DNA from: Ruditapes philippinarum
Lineage: Eukaryota
Direction: 5' to 3'
NCBI RefSeq assembly: GCF_026571515.1
Contig: NW_026857469.1
Location: forward strand, 62,001 to 126,000
Length of the DNA stretch: 64,000 bases
How positions within the stretch are numbered: the first letter of the stretch is position 1; every line of letters begins with the position of its first letter. The notes under the pieces were generated by a model. The model ran no database searches. It was given only the letters and a program-made list of their open reading frames with translations, and was not told the origin of the DNA. Shown piece by piece: positions 1 through 11,889 of this stretch. The translations under genes were made by a program, and so were the position numbers.

Positions 1-754
1 GCATAATCTCCCTATGGGTCCCTATCCACATACAAGTTTCATCTTTCTAGCTATGATTTTTTTGAGTTATTGCAGTGTCCAGATTTACTAAGTTTTCATT
101 GATCATCATCATTTCCGTAAACATAGCGATTAAAAAAAAATGTCTCGGCCATTTTAGTTTCAATGGGTTTATTTTTCAGCACATAAAATGGCGATGAATA
201 ATAGAATTATTCATTTGACTTGGGAGAATATTCGGTAATGGTTATTATAATTATCTTTTATTTCATTTTATTACTATAAATAAGTCTTACTATATCAAAC
301 TGGCTTTAATTGAAATCCATGCAGAATATTTACACTCACAACAGATGTATCTGTAAAATTTCCCAAACTTCATCTCAGTGTTATTGTTTCAAAACACTTT
401 AAGTGTTGAAGATTTTATATTGCTTAAGACGGTACTAGGGTGTGAGATATGCTGCGTCTTTCATTATCTGTCATAAATAAACTCAACTAATCTTTTGTCA
501 TTTGATTCTTTGTTCTAGATAAATGTCCAGTTTCTAAAGTATTTGCCCTTGGAATAACATTAAAATAATCTTTGTGAAAGAGCACACATGACGTTCAACA
601 GTTCTTGTTGTGAGTTTGTCAAAACATACGAATATTTGTATACATATTTTTGTTCATATCTTGTTTATCTTGTTAAATATTTAGTAGCTTTCATTTTGTC
701 ATAACTTGCAATTATATGATATAAATTCACAAGAATTGCATCGATACCTGAGAT

Positions 755-1055
755 TTAAAGATGTACTATGCTCACATTTGACATTAGACTTTATTTGACT
801 TCACACCATGAAGATATGTTATGTTTAGAATTCTACGCACTACAAGTGGTCATAATATAAAATATTCAGTGTAATAAAAAATGGCAGTTTTTAAAACTTT
901 TTCATCAGTAATAGGTAACGCACCTTCCCATATTTTATTCATTAGTTTATTCATTCTTTATTCAAATAAGACATATTCAGTAAGAATTCCATAGATTTCA
1001 TTAAATTTCTTTGATTAAAATATTTTACTCAAAAATGAGCATTGTATATCTGTAA
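755..1055. mobile_element. TTAA-flanked MITE (Kolobok-like termini)
   Basis: Inverted ends ttaaAGATGTACTATGCTCA ... TGAGCATTGTATATCTgtaa. Also present at 15650-15953, absent at the paralogous site ~40562. Confidence 0.7.
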
Positions 1056-2798
1056 ATTGTGCATACATACGTTATATAAGATAAATAATCAAAAGTGTTG
1101 AAACAATGATTGATTATTTTGTGTTTGATTCCATTTCGTATGGTGATATAAATAAGCCAATAATTGTACAGCTAAAGCCACGTGTGACACACTTTATTTA
1201 GAAAAAAATATCGCTTACTGTCTCTTGAATTGAACTAATCTCACAGAAGAAATCATACAAGAGGAATTGGAATTGTTTCAATCACCATTCTTGCCTTGTT
1301 GGAAAACCGTTATGAGCAGGCCAGGTCCCATTCATCGTCTTTTAATTTATGAAAACGAACAGCACTTTTATAAGAAGTATAATTAAATAACTGAAAAGAA
1401 TGAATGTAACGGTCAGGCTTATTAAGCATAGCTTGAAGTAGCATTTACATGTATTACAAATTAAAGAGAGGTCAAAATTATTTTGTGCAACATACAGTGA
1501 AGTATTTTGTAATTTAAAAATCAAAAATATTTCAACAGGAATAAGTAAGACCCTTTCATTGCTACATTTGTATACATGTACTTAACAGTTTACTTGTTTG
1601 GACATTCAAAGTATAATATCACGCCCTTGTCTCATGTTTATAACATAAAACATGTCCCATGCAATTGTAAATACTTTCATAGAACGACCCTAAAGATTGT
1701 AGTTTTATAACGAGAACGATATATGCAACCTGAGATTTTATGTTCTGTCACTGTTTTGCTATAGACTACACAATAAATTGGCTGGTTTCTTTTAATTAAG
1801 CTCGCTATTTTCTGGTGAAATTTTTAACAGAAATATGAACATTATTCATATACATATCTATATATAAAAATCCTGTGTGATTAACTGAAATATTTACCTT
1901 TGGTGTTAATCGTGATTAAACATTTGTATAATTGCTTAGGTTCCTATACAAGAATGTTACAAAGCCTCTTAGTCTTTGTTGAATGGGCTTGCCCGTTGAA
2001 ATGATTAAACATTAAAATATTAATTTCAGTTTTAAATTGAAATTCCGAGTGTTGCGATGATTTAAAGTTTTACGAAAGACATAAAAAATGAAATAAATTT
2101 GAAAATGTAGTTTATGTTATTAAATGAAGTCATGAAAAACTTATATAAAAGCAATTTCCTTTTAAGAAATTCAAACGGATGAGAACAAAAATTGTCATAT
2201 TGTCATATCTAATGTATTTCCTGGTCTAGATAGATTTCTATATATCGGACAAATATTGTTTTGATTCACAAAATTTCTAGAGGAATGGATCATTACAAAA
2301 TTGAAGACAATCTGATTCATAATTGATATATAAATCTAATATATCGCGACCTAATTACTTTTACAACTTATAGGACCATTTATCAGCACCGTTCTTAATA
2401 CAGATGATTTATCAATATGCTAACCTAAATGTTTACCATGAACAGTCAAGAATATCTATGAAACAATATATAAGATAGTGAATATAAGAACATTTAAGAT
2501 CGACCAACGTGGAAAAAATGAACATGCCGCCGATTTTGATTGATTATGCTTTAAAAAGCGCTTAAAAAGATGAGATTAAGCAGTAAGTGTACTGCTTTAC
2601 GTTGCCTAAAAGTGAGATTGTTTTTATATCATTTGTTTAGATACTGAAATAAATATAGTTTAGCCAATCAAAACAGTTTTGTTATAGGCGCATATACTTT
2701 TACCATTGTTTCCAATGCAAAAATGTAAGTGCCAAGTTAGCACTGTATAGGTAAAACAACTTTATTCGACATCTTTGCAACGAAATTTAACATGACTT

Positions 2799-3171
2799 AT
2801 TTTGGTGACACTTTTGTGTCCCTTGTTGTTTTCTCGTCTACGGTAAGTATCTTCCCCTTTGCCCCTAGTTTTTATTTATTTTATTTACCCCCCCCCCCTG
2901 CCCGGGTCTCATGTCCCCTTCCCCTGTGCCCTTTGACTTTATGGGCCTATTATTCAATCATTTATTTGTTTTCGATTAGTTCCTTATCAGTTACTAATTA
3001 TTTATTCTTATGTATGATTTAGTGGTTGGCCTGCCCGTGCTCTGCCTTGTGCCCTGTCCTGTTTTTGTTTGGGTCTTCCTGGGCTCTTTGCCGCTGGCGC
3101 TTTTGCTGGGTCGGGTTTGGGTTGCGTTCATTGAACGCCGCCTTTCCTTGTTGATCTTATTTATCATATTT
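2799..3171 (+). mobile_element. Short interspersed insertion (probably the 3' end of a retroelement)
   Basis: Absent at paralogous empty sites (catgac(g/t)tagggcaaaa at ~5544 and ~17727). Its end gttgcgttcattgaacgccgcctttccttgttgatctt recurs inverted at 47822-47954. Confidence 0.7.
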
Positions 3172-3955
3172 CAGGGCAAAATAAGTGCCATCTACTTCAC
3201 CAGCTACGGACAAAATAAAGAATGACCGAGAGAGTAAATTTTCTGCAAATTCCGAGTATTCCTTAAGGAAATGAATCCTTATTGTATCAAGCATTGAAAA
3301 CATAAGATATTGCAGTTGCTTATTATTAAACAGGAAGCTTTCTGCAATCTTGTTTATTTAAGTAGTTTCGTATCTTCCGTTCCGTTGATGACGGACTTTA
3401 ACAAGTTTCAGTTTAGAAATCAATTGTTGTAAATGTTTGAAACAAATACAGTTTTATCAAAATGTGACTGAAACGTTGCAACAATCCCATTAGTTAGAAT
3501 GAACACTACAGTTAAACTACAATATTGATATAATCTTAATACAGATTTTTTTTTTACAAATGAAACAAAAAGAAAAATCGATATGTTGTTTAAGATAAAG
3601 TTAATAAAAGAGTAAGGGATAAATAAACATATTTGTGAATAAAGTAAACGCTATGATATTTATTCAAACCTTCTTCGAAAATCAAGTTTTATAAAAGATA
3701 AAAGGAATTTTGTCAATGAACTCAACGATCTGACGTAATGTCCGTGTCTTTACTCAGTGATTTTGATATCACGACCATATACATATCAATACTATTGATC
3801 TCATAGTTTAAAGAAGAACAGAGATACACTATATTTCCTGAACTTTAAACATAAACCTTATACATGTACATGAATTTCTTTCTTTATCATTTATGACTTA
3901 GTTTAAATTCTTCTGTGTCTTCAAAATTTTATCATTAAGATACTTGTTCTATACT

Positions 3956-4727
3956 TCATTGCTTATTCTACTTCATGTACAACTTCGAATCTTTCAATAT
4001 TATTGACCTCGTGTATGACTGACGCATGTTACACACTGCTAAAGGCATACCCGAATAACCGTATGTTTTCTTAAAATAGAAGGATAAAAATGTTCGAGTT
4101 GTTTGCTTACAATTATAATTCTTTTGTCTTTTTGTAATAAATAAGATGCCGTTTTCAGTCTGGGATCACGTAAGTCTTCATTTAAAATAGCCTTCAATAA
4201 CAGAAAGCAAGAAATTGGTGCAAAATCACTTTTAAGTAATTAATTCTTCCAACATAGCGCATTTTATTTTTACTGACGGAAATTAAAACATGACGTCTTT
4301 GAATGTATTTGTCTTTAAAATAAGTCGATAGCCTCTCCTTCACTAGTAAAGTCAACCATTAGATTATTGAAGCATGTTCAGTTTGAGTTCTTATATCCGA
4401 TATACTTCCATTACAATTTGAAAGCTAAAAAGGTATTTTAATGAGAACATCAATGAAGACACTTGCGTCATTTGTATCAATTTATGATTGAATGTAAGCT
4501 TCGAGACCTAAATTATATAAAAGGTTTATATTTTATGATACTTGACAATTACTTAGAAATGTTTAGTAAAATATCGCTGCCGTCAATGGAACGATGCCAC
4601 TTTTTCAAACTTCAGTCATAATGTTTCATTCTTGTTCAGAAGAAAGAATAACAAAACCTCTGTTGTGCTAAACGACCTTGTTTCAAGCGTGTTCGGTGTA
4701 GTCGAAGGCATCATTCAATCGTCAGTG
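3956..4727 (+). pseudogene. Displaced fragments of the 5' LRR region of the same gene
   Basis: Matches ~12075-12155 joined to ~13318-14112. LRR-like AFNNRKQEIGAKSL and LTSLNVFVFK-type readings. Confidence 0.7.
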
Positions 4728-7700
4728 CTTGTCCGTCGCAATAATTAAACATTAATATAGCAATTTCAGTTTTGAGTTGAGATTTCGTGTGTTGCAATGA
4801 TTTTAAGTTTTAAGAAAGTAAGAGATGAAAAAATGTTATGAATTTGAAAATGTAGTTTATGTCATAAAATAAAGTAATGAAAAAACTTATAGAAAAGCAA
4901 TTTCCTTTACAAAGAATTCAAACGGATGAGAACAAGAATTGTCATCTTGTCATATTTAATGTATTTCCTGGCCTAGATAGAGTTCTAAATATCGGACAAA
5001 GACACTGTTTTGATTCGCAAAATTTCTAGAGGAATGGACCATTTTAAAAAATTGATGACGATCTGCTTCATTATTGATATCTAGTTCTAGTATATCGCGA
5101 CCTATTTACTTTTACAACTTATAGGATCATTTATCAGCATCGTTCTTAACAAAGATGACGTATCAGTATGCTAACCTAATTTTATTACCATGAAAAGTCA
5201 AAAATATCTATGAAACAATATATAAGATAGTGAACATAAGAACATTTAAGATCGACCAACGTGGAAAAAATAAACATGCCACCGATTTTGATTGATCATG
5301 CTTTAAATGTCGGTTAAAAAGATGTGATTAAGCAGTAAGTGTACTGCTTTATGTTGCCTAAAAGTGAGGTTGTTTTTATATCATTTGTTTAGATACTGAA
5401 ATAAATATAGTTTAGCCAATCAAAACAGTTTTGTTACAGGCGCATATACTTTTACCATTGTTTGCAATGCAAAAATGTAAGTACCAACTTAGTACTGTAT
5501 AGGTAAAACAACTTTATTCGACATCTTTGCAGCGAAATTGTAGCATGACGTAGGGCAAAATAAGTGCTATCTACTTCACCAGCTACGGACAAAATGAAGA
5601 ATCATCGAGAGAATAAAATGTTCTGCAAATTCCGAGTATTCCAAAATGAATTGAATCCTTATTGTATCAAGCATTGAAAACATAAGATATTGCAGTTGCT
5701 TATTATTAAACAGGAAGCTTTCCGGAATCTTCTTTATTTAAGTAGTTTGGTATCTTTGGAATATTGTCGCTGATGACGGACTTTAAAAAGTTTCAGTCTA
5801 GAAATCAATTATTGTAAATGTTTGAAACAAATACATTTTTACTAAAATATAACTTAAACGTTACGACAATTCCATTAGCTAGAAACGATCGATTTGTGAT
5901 CACTACAGTTAAACTACAATATTGATATAATCTTAATACAGATTTTTTTTACAAATTTAACAAATAGAAAATCGATTTGATGTTTAAGATAAAGTTAATA
6001 AAAGAGAAAGGGATACATAAACATATTTGTGAATAAGTAAACGCTATGATATTTATTCAAACCTTCTTTGGAAATCAAGCTTTATAAAATATAAAAGGTA
6101 TTGTGTCAATGAACACAATGATATGACGTAATTTCCGTGTCTTTCATCACTTATTCTGATATTAGCACCATAAAAATATCGATATTATTCATCTCATAGT
6201 TTAAAGAAGAACAGAGATACACTAAATTCCCTGAACTTTAAACATAAACCATATACGTATACATGAATTTGTTTCTTTATCATTTATGACTTAGTTTACA
6301 TTCTTCTCTGTCTTCAAAATGTTGTCATTAAGATACTTGTTCTATAATTTGAACTGGTGCTTGAACTATGAACAGCTCCAAAGTACATTGTATTCGGTGT
6401 ATAGGAGCATTTTCTTGCCTTCCTTTCTTTGACTTTGTGGCATTTTTTGATCGTCGATTTGAAGGAACATACTGCTAAAGCAACAGAATAATAAAACGCT
6501 ACGGCTGATGTAAAATTATTCGGATGTACCATCTAAACGATATGCTGTTGAGCTTTTTTCATACACAAAGTAAATTGTGACCAGGCTAATCAGGTAACAG
6601 TCATTCTAAATTGATCTTAACGCAGGATGAAAAACATTTGTACTAAGAGACATGCAAAGTAACGAGTCTGAATGTACTTGTATACAAATATTGAATTAAT
6701 TTAAAATATAGGGAAAACTTGCACGTGTTTAGAATTTGAAATAACTGTTGACAGCCCCAAATATTTAAGTAAAAATTTACTAAAAACACTTACAAATAAA
6801 TAAATATTTGCAGTACAATTTCTTTATCAGCCTTTCCTTCTAATCGAGAATAGATTCCAGCTAAAGTAGTCATAAATATTTAATAAAAAAAACCCCTTGC
6901 AATTCATTTCGAAAGCCATTGATATAATGATAATGTTCTTATGTAAACAATCATGGAAATAATTCATTGTGTGAATTCCATCCTATCCTTTTTCAAGTCC
7001 CAAGCAAAGAATCGACAATTTTCTATCATTACATTTTTACTTTACATCAAAAGCATTTTAATTGTTTTGATCATATGCTTGCCTTTAAACAGTACAATAT
7101 TTCTTACAAAAGTAATTTATTACATCAATAAAACATTAATGTTCACTTTAAACTGATGTGCGTTTTTTACTACAACTAAACTCATTCATTGATTTAATAT
7201 CTAGAATTATCGGCCGAAAATATTTGATATATTGCTAGAAATATCAAAACAGAGATATGTAGTTGCCATTTAAGTAACAACACTTCCATCACATAGATCA
7301 TTGTTTGTTTCTTGTTTCTGTTTATTGCAATAACTTCGTTTAATGCATTGATCTCCGAAAGAATAGTAAAATCTTATTCTTCTTCTATAACAAAGCTTAT
7401 CGTTACCACAACGCTACTTCATATCTAATTCAGTAGATCTAATTGTGCATCTGAATTTATGGCCGTTCATCTAAAATAATGTTTTGTTATTAGTATAGTA
7501 GGTAGTTTGTGTCTTTGTCCGTAATGTCCTTAAGCACAGCCTAGCCGGGACCTTGCTTATTAACCTATCAAAATCAGTTTTACAGAATGTTAGCATGGTT
7601 CTAATCTTCTATCTTATCGATTTAGCCTCATTTCGAGGGTTCAAAAAGCCATATCTTTATCACACTACATATAGCCTCGTTTTCATTTCCAGAGCCCAAA

Positions 7701-10080
7701 GGTTTCATATCTAATTCGTCTTGCACCCAACTTGCCTGAATTTCATTTTTTGAGAGTCCACACCCATTTCAAATCCTTATTTCAATTGAAGTAACAAAGT
7801 CCTGTCAAAATGTCAAAAAATGTAATGTGAGAAAATAGGTCATTAAACAAAGTGGAAAACAATACTGATTCTATTGGACTCTTATACACAGCTGCAAAAC
7901 CTATATCATACTTCGCTAGCGCCTCGTCCAATATAATATTTTCTTGCATATCAGACTGGCATTTCCGTTAGTTTTACCCATGCCGGAAATTTCATCTGGC
8001 ATGGGGGGTTCCAGATGAGTCGCGTGCTGTACAATGGCACGATAAAGATGACGTCATTTTACCGTTATGAATGATTTTGTAAAGAAAGTAGTTACGGTTG
8101 TAATGATATAAATTTTCATTGAAAATAAAGATAAAGAATTTAAAATATAATGGAATTTGGTAGAATATGCAAGAAAAAATATCTGACATATGTTTGCGGT
8201 TCGGATCGGAATATCCGTCCCGAGGTGAACCGCCCATTGGGCGGTAACGAGGCTTGCCGATAAAGATAAAGAATTTAAAATATAATGGAATATGGTAGAA
8301 TATGCAAGAAAAAATATCTGACATATGTTTGCGGTTCGGATCGGAATACCCGTCCCTCGGTCACCCGCCCATGGGCGGTAACTCGGCAAGCCTCGTTACC
8401 GCCCAATGGGCGGGTCACCTCGGGACGGATATTCCGATCCGAACCGCAAAATATGACAGATATTATTAACCTGCTGTGTACTCGTCCAAAAGAAGTATTG
8501 TATTTAACAATATATAATAACCTCATGATATTAATTTAACTGCTATCAGACACAGTAAATACATTGAATGACATTTGACAAAATCCAAAACAATTATGCA
8601 AAAATAACAAAATATTCAAATAATCCTGATAATTCATTTACAGTTGGAAATTCCATTTAATGAATTGGATTATTTACAAAATTAACCCATACTTAAAGTT
8701 AAAGCAGGTGAAGACAGTTGGATTAATGAATGTGCAACATGCAGATTGTTGCCAGTTTTCAAGATCTTCCAGTTAATACTAAAGATCACGCGAATATAAA
8801 GTGATTTACAGTAATCATTGAAAAGCCGTGTTAAAAAGGGTAGACTTGTCTCATATACATCTCATTATAAATGCGTTGATGGAAAAATAAACGTTTAGAA
8901 AACATTTTCACGATGCTGCGTTACTTACTTTTCGAAAATGCAAGTATTAATGTAGCTGAACAATATGATTAAAATTATTTCTTTTAGTAAAGCATTCGTA
9001 TAGCGAAAGACGTTCATCCTTCAATATCGAGTAGTAACTCATAGCAAGGCTTAGAGGATGTCGTGATAAAGATTATTGCGGTTGTGATACTGAACACCGA
9101 GACCGTATTTTATAGGATAATAAGCTTTCAGTTGTAATGATATAAACCCCACACAATTCTGAGCCATTATAATAAAAACTGAAGAGAAAGTTTGTATGTT
9201 AGAGGTGATTAATAAAAGAGAGTTCGGTGGGATTAACTTTTTACTAACACTACTTGAACAGTGTGTGTGTGATGAGATGCGCTATTTTGCCTGGCGTATT
9301 AATGATTGTATAGGCAAATATAAAAAAGTCAATCATGTAGTAATATCTTATGCAACTGTCTGACATACGTTTAAAGTGACTTAAATGTGTCTCATTATGC
9401 TTTCACTTTCACAGCATTTGTATATCTACAAGAATTTTAAAACAAATTATGCATAAGTTATCACTAGATACTAAATTATTGTATTTTAAACATAGTTTGC
9501 CAAAACACTTTGAATTTATTGATCATGTTTTATAGCGCTTGAACATTTTTTCGGCGTTTTATGCTGTTTTGTCTTGTTTGTCAATGAATTAATAGTTTAA
9601 TCAATACAATATTGATGTTGTAAGTGCCTGTGAAATGTTTTTGTTATTACCGTAAACAAATATAATTAATTCCCAGGAAGTTATCTAAATCAAATGTAAA
9701 TGAACGAGCATTTCAGGTGTTGTTGTTGCTTGATAGTAATTTTTATAATAAATAATGTATTTGGCATTTTAATTCTTAACCCATCCGGATGAATATAAAA
9801 TGGAAATGCTAGGTGGATCAATAAGCAAACTTAATTATATTTTATGGAAATACATATTGGGATTTATAATTCAGTTAATTGTAGGAGGCTCTGTTGTACT
9901 GTCAAACATTCTCATTGTAAACCCGACACACATAGAAAAAACGAAAGTAGCAAATAAGGAGAGTCATTCATCAACAATTTATGGTTTAAAACTTTTTTAT
10001 CATATGCACTGTGCAACTTTATACATGAATGTCCTTGAATTAGCACTTATATTTTCTTCTAAATTAGAACGTATGTAATC
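4728..10080 (+). pseudogene. GRL101/RXFP-like LRR-GPCR pseudogene copy 1b (LRRs, 7TM, C-terminal tail)
   Basis: LRR LIIKQEAFRNLLYLSSL at 5699-5749. Hinge LMFTLN*CAFF at ~7137. ECL1/TM3 W-RSSK*CFVISIVGSLC from 7460 (needs small frameshifts). ECL2-like SNSSCTQL at ~7710. TM5/ICL3 QILISIEVTKSCQNVKKC from 7770. TM7 YFASASSNII is interrupted by an insertion at ~7941. Protein-like tail at 9154-9990. Confidence 0.8.
7941..8464. mobile_element. Non-autonomous hairpin-ended DNA element inserted in TM7
   Basis: Absent at ~45771 (aatataatattaccagctg). Ends of the core are inverted (ttttcttgcatat / atatgcaagaaaa). 135-bp direct repeat starting at 8126 and 8261. Long hairpin 8315-8462 with loop CTCGGCAAGCCTCG. 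Confidence 0.85.
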
Positions 10081-11680
10081 GGTTAAGACAATTTGTGTTG
10101 TTTAGAACAAAAGATTTTAGTCATGAAGAAGATTGTCTTATTTCTTATTCATACTTCTTCCTTGTGCGTATTACATGCATACCTGTATTCTACTGTCTCA
10201 TTCTACATTGAAATAAACGTATTTGAGTTACTACCCTAAACCAAAAGAAAACATGTTACAAACACATATCACAAGACAATTAAGTAGATTAAAGAAGATT
10301 CCTTCAAAATTTTCTCAATGTCACTTCCATCTTTAAACAGCTAAACAGAAGGCATGGCATCTGTGATTTCTACTTTAAACCAATGAAGGCAAATGAACGT
10401 TATGTTGCACTATCCCCTGTCACTCCTTGAGAAATGATATTTCTTTATTGACTTACAGACTTTCCTGTCAATAAATTGATAATAACAGTTTTATAAACAA
10501 TAATGTTTTAAAGGTTTTACGGGAAATTATGCTTTACATTCAATGTGGACAGATAACACTGAGAAAAGCAAACTATATCAGTTATTTAAATAGGAAAAAT
10601 ATATCGGACTTTGCAAATGTGTTCATATATATTTCATTATCGAGATTTATTATTGAATGATTAAATGCATTTATTTGAAAATAAGACCACTTTTACATCA
10701 TTGTATGACAAAGCGTAAATCCATCTGCGGATTTTGCCAAATTGTTAAAATTGTTAAATTGTTGGATTCCGCTTAATCCGGTGCTAGGGGGCGTATACAG
10801 TAACTTGCACTACCACTTCCATCCATAAACAGGTTCAGCCATTTGGGGGCTCTTTAGTTATTCCGTTTCTATATGTTGAATGTCATTTTCTGTTAGCATA
10901 GATAACTGTCAAAGAAATTCAAATTGATGATCAGCTTCAAAAGGTTTTATAATTCCACAACTATACTACCAAAAGATTTTCAGTTAATGATCTAATACTA
11001 AAAGTACTGTTTTAACATGAATTTGTAATTTTGTATCATTGCTGGTTATTTTTATGTTGCTAGCAATTATGAATCAATGGAATAATCAACGTATGTAATG
11101 TTGGTTATCTAAACATACTAATGACATTGAAGATGATTTTACAAATCTAAAATGTATTATTGCATGTGTGCTTGCAATAGTTTCATTTGTTAATTAGTGA
11201 TGTTTTAATGAATACTCGATTCAGAATGATGATGCAACTATTAAACTGCAGTTAAATTAATTAACATTTTACTTTATATGTCTGAATAAAATATTAGTAT
11301 CAAACTGGAAACATACAATTTATAATCATTGCAAAAATAATGCGAATATTTGTAATCGTGGTTTCAATTCATAGTTACTTAGCTAATGGTGTATTTCAAT
11401 TTCAGATATGGTCTAAACTATTTTTCTTACAAGCAAATATGTAAATATTACCCTTAGAACTACAAATTGTTCATTTTAGTAACTTCGTTTATCAGTGAAA
11501 AATGTTAATTAATCATCTGAAATGGCTATTGCCTTTTTATGTATCTTATATATACATGAACAGAACAGACATTTAATTTAAGACTTGTATAAGTACATCA
11601 CAATGCAAATACATTAACAAAAGAATTATCACATGTCACGTGGTGATGATAACACAAAATACAATATGATACTTAATCAG

Positions 11681-11889
11681 GTAAGAGAAAATTCATTTTT
11701 TAACAACGAGAATGATATGACATGTTATAAGATAATATATTCTAAAACATACATGTATAATATAACATTACCTCATGGTGCGAACTAAAGGGTGTGAAAA
11801 TATGTTGCACATTTCATACTATGACTCTGCTATTAATTAAAAATCTGTAAAATAGTTAATATTATTATTTCTCTCACATTCATTTTCAG
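11681..11889 (+). other. Putative GT-AG intron of the receptor gene (paralogue 33108-33349)
   Basis: Donor AATCAG|GTAAGA and acceptor ttctctcacattcattttcAG|G are conserved in two copies. A Cys-rich LRRNT-like reading starts right after the acceptor. Confidence 0.55.

Larger units (their letters stand above)
150..3955 (+). pseudogene. LRR/LDLa GPCR pseudogene copy 1a (ectodomain part; 5' end lies outside the window)
   Basis: + strand decayed frames: LDLa-like CFNHHSCL (from 1274) and GPIH(R)LLIYENEQH (from 1324), LRRNT-like ECNGQAY (~1402), LRR IIKQEAFCNLVYL (~3322). Many stops and frameshifts. Confidence 0.75.

Noticed and set aside
2792-3225. Hydrophobic small ORFs (also 47679-48020)
   Set aside because: They lie in a pyrimidine-rich interspersed repeat insertion.
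7992-8539. Overlapping 83-111 aa ORFs
   Set aside because: Products of a GC-rich palindromic repeat; the peptide repeats mirror the DNA repeats.
4728-10080. Toll-like receptor pseudogenes
   Set aside because: The LRRs end in a CC-type LGR hinge followed by 7TM motifs, not a CxC LRRCT plus a single TM. No clear TIR box 1 or RDFxxG.
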